A DNA stretch of 10,744 nt from Polyangiaceae bacterium (GTDB taxonomy: Bacteria; Myxococcota_A; Polyangia; Polyangiales; Polyangiaceae), in assembly GCA_044222475.1 (NCBI GenBank), contig JBGANF010000197.1:1-10744 (forward strand), given 5' to 3'. The notes below the pieces were generated by a model. That model made no database searches. It saw only the letters and a list, made by a program, of their open reading frames with translations, and was not told where the DNA came from. Position 1 is the stretch's first letter. Every line of letters starts with the position of its first letter. Shown here in pieces: positions 7,835-10,744 of the stretch. Made by a program: the position numbers and the translations under genes.

Positions 7835-8649
7835 GTGAGCGGCGCGCGCGGGCGTCCCGCTTGGATCCACGCGGCCTCGTTGTTCACCGTGTAGACGTAG
7901 AAGTGCTCCATCCGGCCCTTGAGGTCCTTGTCGAACGCGGCCGCCTGATCGGGCATGAACTCGAGCCGCTTCGTCAGGTAGGCGCGGTGGTAGGCGATCT
8001 GGGCGGCCTCCCACGCTTGGATGTGCTGGATCGTCGTCGGCCGGGCGCGGCGGTACGCGCGCTCGGCTTGGATCATCGCGAGGTACTGGTTCCACGCCGC
8101 CATCTGGCAGAGCGGGTGCGTGCAGCTCGCTTCGCCCATGCGGATGCGCGTCCCGGGCTCGTAGGTGTTGACCGTGCGGCAGTGGGTGCACGTCACGTTG
8201 AGCGTGCGGAACGTCTGCGGGACGACGAGCGGAGCGCCGCACTGCGTGCAGCCGACCGGGCCGCGGCTCGCTTTCTCGGCCTGGTCCGCGGCGACGATCG
8301 CGTTGAACGCGTTCACGTAGATCTCGATCCCGGTGCGGACGATCTCGATCTCCATCCAATCCTTCAGCGCTTCGCTCTTCGCGCGCTGAGCGTCGATCAG
8401 CGGCCGCGGCGCGTTGGCCTCTTCGAACTTGGCCTCGACCTGGCCGCTCCAGGTCTCGTCGATCTTGGTGCCGAGCTCCTTCGCGCGACGCTCCATCGCG
8501 CTCCACGCGTTCGTCATCGGGATGGTGTCGAAGTCCGACTCGGCGAGGAGCTGCGCGCAGCCATCACGCGACTCCTGCATGACCTGCTGGAAGCGGTCGG
8601 TGATGTTCTTCAGAAACGCATCCCAGCGTTGAACCAGCGCGTCACTCAT
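7831..8649 (-). CDS. Hypothetical protein, 272 aa, helical with a central zinc ribbon (CTQC...CTHC)
   Basis: Strong SD GAGGAGGAG before ATG 8649, host-like GC-rich third positions, two CxxC pairs. The TAG stop lies in the CTAG bordering the IS. Confidence 0.85.
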   Translation of the reverse strand: MSDALVQRWDAFLKNITDRFQQVMQESRDGCAQLLAESDFDTIPMTNAWSAMERRAKELGTKIDETWSGQVEAKFEEANAPRPLIDAQRAKSEALKDWMEIEIVRTGIEIYVNAFNAIVAADQAEKASRGPVGCTQCGAPLVVPQTFRTLNVTCTHCRTVNTYEPGTRIRMGEASCTHPLCQMAAWNQYLAMIQAERAYRRARPTTIQHIQAWEAAQIAYHRAYLTKRLEFMPDQAAAFDKDLKGRMEHFYVYTVNNEAAWIQAGRPRAPLT

Positions 8650-8662
8650 CGTCGACTCCTCC

Positions 8663-9247
8663 TCACGCGACCTTGCCGCCGCAATACGCACACGGCGCGA
8701 TCGCCGCGCCGTCGTTCACCGCCGCGCCGTCGGCGCCCGGCTTCCGGGGCGCACCGCAGGTGGTGCACTTCATCTGGGTCGCCCCGGCTTTGACGCCCAT
8801 CGCGGCGTAGTTGGGCGTCGTCGCCTTGGCGTTGGCGAAGATGCTCGACGTCGTCGGGGCAGGGGGCGACACGCGGGCGAGCATGTCCTTCATCGTCCCC
8901 TCGACGAGGTTCATGAGCTTCTGCTCGATCGAGCGGACGACGGTCTCTTCCTCCGGCGTGTTCGCGGCAAAGTCGAGCGGCCTCAGCGCGGCGCGGGCCC
9001 TCTCTTCGACGACGCCGATCGCCGTCCGGACCTCCAGCGGGAGCGCGCCACGGAGCCGCTTCGGACCCTCGGCGACGTGGCGCGCGCGCTCCTCGCGGGA
9101 GAGCGGTGGGATCCCAAGTTGGGACAACACCGCATCCCAGGCCGGATCACCGCCGAGCGCCGAAGTGCTCGCGGTGTCGGTGATCCAAGCCCGGGTCTGA
9201 TCGATCCAGGCCTCGAGCGCGTGGAGCGAGTGCTCGTTCTGACTCAT
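8663..9247 (-). CDS. Hypothetical protein, 194 aa, C-terminal zinc ribbon (CTTC...CAYC)
   Basis: ATG 9247 chosen because the listed extension to 9424 runs into the IS4 element. Host-like codon use. The stop overlaps the SD of the next gene. Confidence 0.8.
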   Translation of the reverse strand: MSQNEHSLHALEAWIDQTRAWITDTASTSALGGDPAWDAVLSQLGIPPLSREERARHVAEGPKRLRGALPLEVRTAIGVVEERARAALRPLDFAANTPEEETVVRSIEQKLMNLVEGTMKDMLARVSPPAPTTSSIFANAKATTPNYAAMGVKAGATQMKCTTCGAPRKPGADGAAVNDGAAIAPCAYCGGKVA

Positions 9248-9300
9248 GCAGTCTCGATCTACCTTCCAGCGTGGAGGCCGGGGGGAGAGGGGGGCGGCAG

Positions 9301-10744
9301 CTGACCATTCATCGCATCTTCTCGACGTTGCCCATTCCCTCAGCGAGAATTGCCACCTTCGCCAAGCCGCGAGCGACCACGGTTGCACCCGGTGGACCGC
9401 CGGAAGACTTCCCGACGTAGCCACCTAGGTCGGCGATCCACCGGACAGCTTGCTCTAGAGTTGGTTCGGCGCCCAGCGTGATGTTCTTCGGTTGTCGCAA
9501 CGCGATCACGGCGTCGATCTCGGGTCGCGACAGCTCGTCGCTCGCCGGCGCATCCGGTTTCTCGCGAGCGAGGTACGTGAGTCGGGTTGCACGGACTGCC
9601 ACGGCAGCGAGGATGGTAGCCCACTTAAGGATCGCTTCACGGCTGCGGAGCTGAGTGTCTTCGACGTTGCACACGCCTTGCTTCCACGCCCGGTGAAACT
9701 CTTCGATTCTCCATCGTGACGCGTAGCCATCCACGATCGCGCGCGCTTCGGCTAGGGATGCAATGGGTGCGGTCGTGAGCAGCATCCAATGCACCGGATT
9801 TTTCTGGCGTCGTTCCTTGACGAAGACGACGTTCATCGAAACGTACTCACGCTTTTTGCTGCTTGTCTTCAGCTCGAGCATCACCGAGCAGGCGCGCACG
9901 TCCATGTGCGCGCTCCGAGCGCGGACGCCATCTCGTCCCGGGATCGTCAAGTCGTATGCACCGAGCACCGGTGCCCGTCGGGCGACGGTAAAGAGGTCGC
10001 TCTTCGGCGCGCTCCGATCTGCCCGGACGCAGCGGCTGTATGCAGCTCGCACCGTGAGAAGCATTTTTTCTCGGCACGCGAGCAGCAACACGGGCCACGC
10101 GTCGTACCCACGATCGAGCTGAAACCACGGAGTCACACCCGGTGCCACGGCTGCAAAAGATCGACGCACGTTGGCGAGGAGGTCCACGCCGTGTCTCATT
10201 TCGCCTGACATCGAGTGTCGCGACGTATGCGTGGATCGCTCCGTTCGAGCCCACCATGCTTGTCCGCAGATGCCGAGCGGTGTCCCGTCGGGTGACACCG
10301 CGAGTGCGCTCGTGACGAGCAATCCACGCCCACCCTGTCGCCAGGCACCCACGCTGCCGACGTCTCTTCCACCGCCACGATCGGTGAGAGACAGACTGCT
10401 CCCGTCGAGGGGTACGAAAACGCGACCGTACTTTCGACAGCGCTTGATCGCTGCTTCGTGCGATGCGGTCGCTACTGCAGTCGAAAGAACACTCTCGTTT
10501 TCCAAGAAGCGAAACGCCCCCTCACGAGCTGCACTACCTCGGCAAACGGCAGTGACGGTTCCGGCGGGCGAGTGCGCCGCCGCTTCAGCTACGTCCACGA
10601 GCCGCATCGCGCGTCGCGGATCCGACAGCTCCGCATCGCCAAATTCCTCTTTTGCCCACGCGCGCTCGCTCGTCGTCATACCCGCGAAACACGGCGCGAA
10701 TTCGACAAATTCCCGGGCGCAGACGAGATCCGATCAATGGTCAG
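9301..10744 (-). mobile_element. IS4-family insertion sequence, IS50/Tn5-like, 1444 bp, 19-bp terminal inverted repeats
   Basis: Left end CTGACCATTCATCGCATCT (9301-9319). Right end reverse complement CTGACCATTGATCGGATCT (10744-10726). 17/19 identical. The target duplication cannot be tested because the window ends at the IR. Confidence 0.92.
9309..10679 (-). CDS. IS4-family (Tn5-like) transposase, 456 aa, apparently intact
   Basis: N-terminal WAKEEFGDAELSDPRR..RL; DDE candidates PLDGSS, LDRGYD and the YREK motif YASRWRIEEFHRAWK; C-terminal IADLGGY..GPPGATVVARG dimerisation motif. The stop codon lies inside the terminal IR. Confidence 0.95.
   Translation of the reverse strand: MTTSERAWAKEEFGDAELSDPRRAMRLVDVAEAAAHSPAGTVTAVCRGSAAREGAFRFLENESVLSTAVATASHEAAIKRCRKYGRVFVPLDGSSLSLTDRGGGRDVGSVGAWRQGGRGLLVTSALAVSPDGTPLGICGQAWWARTERSTHTSRHSMSGEMRHGVDLLANVRRSFAAVAPGVTPWFQLDRGYDAWPVLLLACREKMLLTVRAAYSRCVRADRSAPKSDLFTVARRAPVLGAYDLTIPGRDGVRARSAHMDVRACSVMLELKTSSKKREYVSMNVVFVKERRQKNPVHWMLLTTAPIASLAEARAIVDGYASRWRIEEFHRAWKQGVCNVEDTQLRSREAILKWATILAAVAVRATRLTYLAREKPDAPASDELSRPEIDAVIALRQPKNITLGAEPTLEQAVRWIADLGGYVGKSSGGPPGATVVARGLAKVAILAEGMGNVEKMR

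Noticed and set aside
6540..10744. Composite transposon carrying the zinc-ribbon genes between two IS elements
   Set aside because: The flanking elements belong to different families with unrelated ends, and the IS5-type element has its own CTAG on both sides.

Overview
High-GC bacterial DNA; gene content and style suggest a myxobacterium (Polyangiales-like; inference). The left half is core genome: an OmpA/TSP3-repeat outer-membrane protein (TraB-like architecture, minus strand) diverging from dnaG-rpoD, then a terminator and two tandem paralogous lipoproteins. The right half is accessory. The most unusual item is a 1.29-kb IS5-family-derived element (6544-7830, CTAG on both sides) with ~100-bp tripartite inverted ends containing identical (GGGAGC)n tracts. 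It carries a four-helix-bundle (23S rRNA IVS protein/Avd-like) passenger gene upstream of an internally deleted transposase. Next come two hypothetical zinc-ribbon genes and an apparently intact IS4-family (IS50/Tn5-like) element whose 19-bp end coincides with the end of the window. All calls rest on motif recognition by eye; no searches were run.
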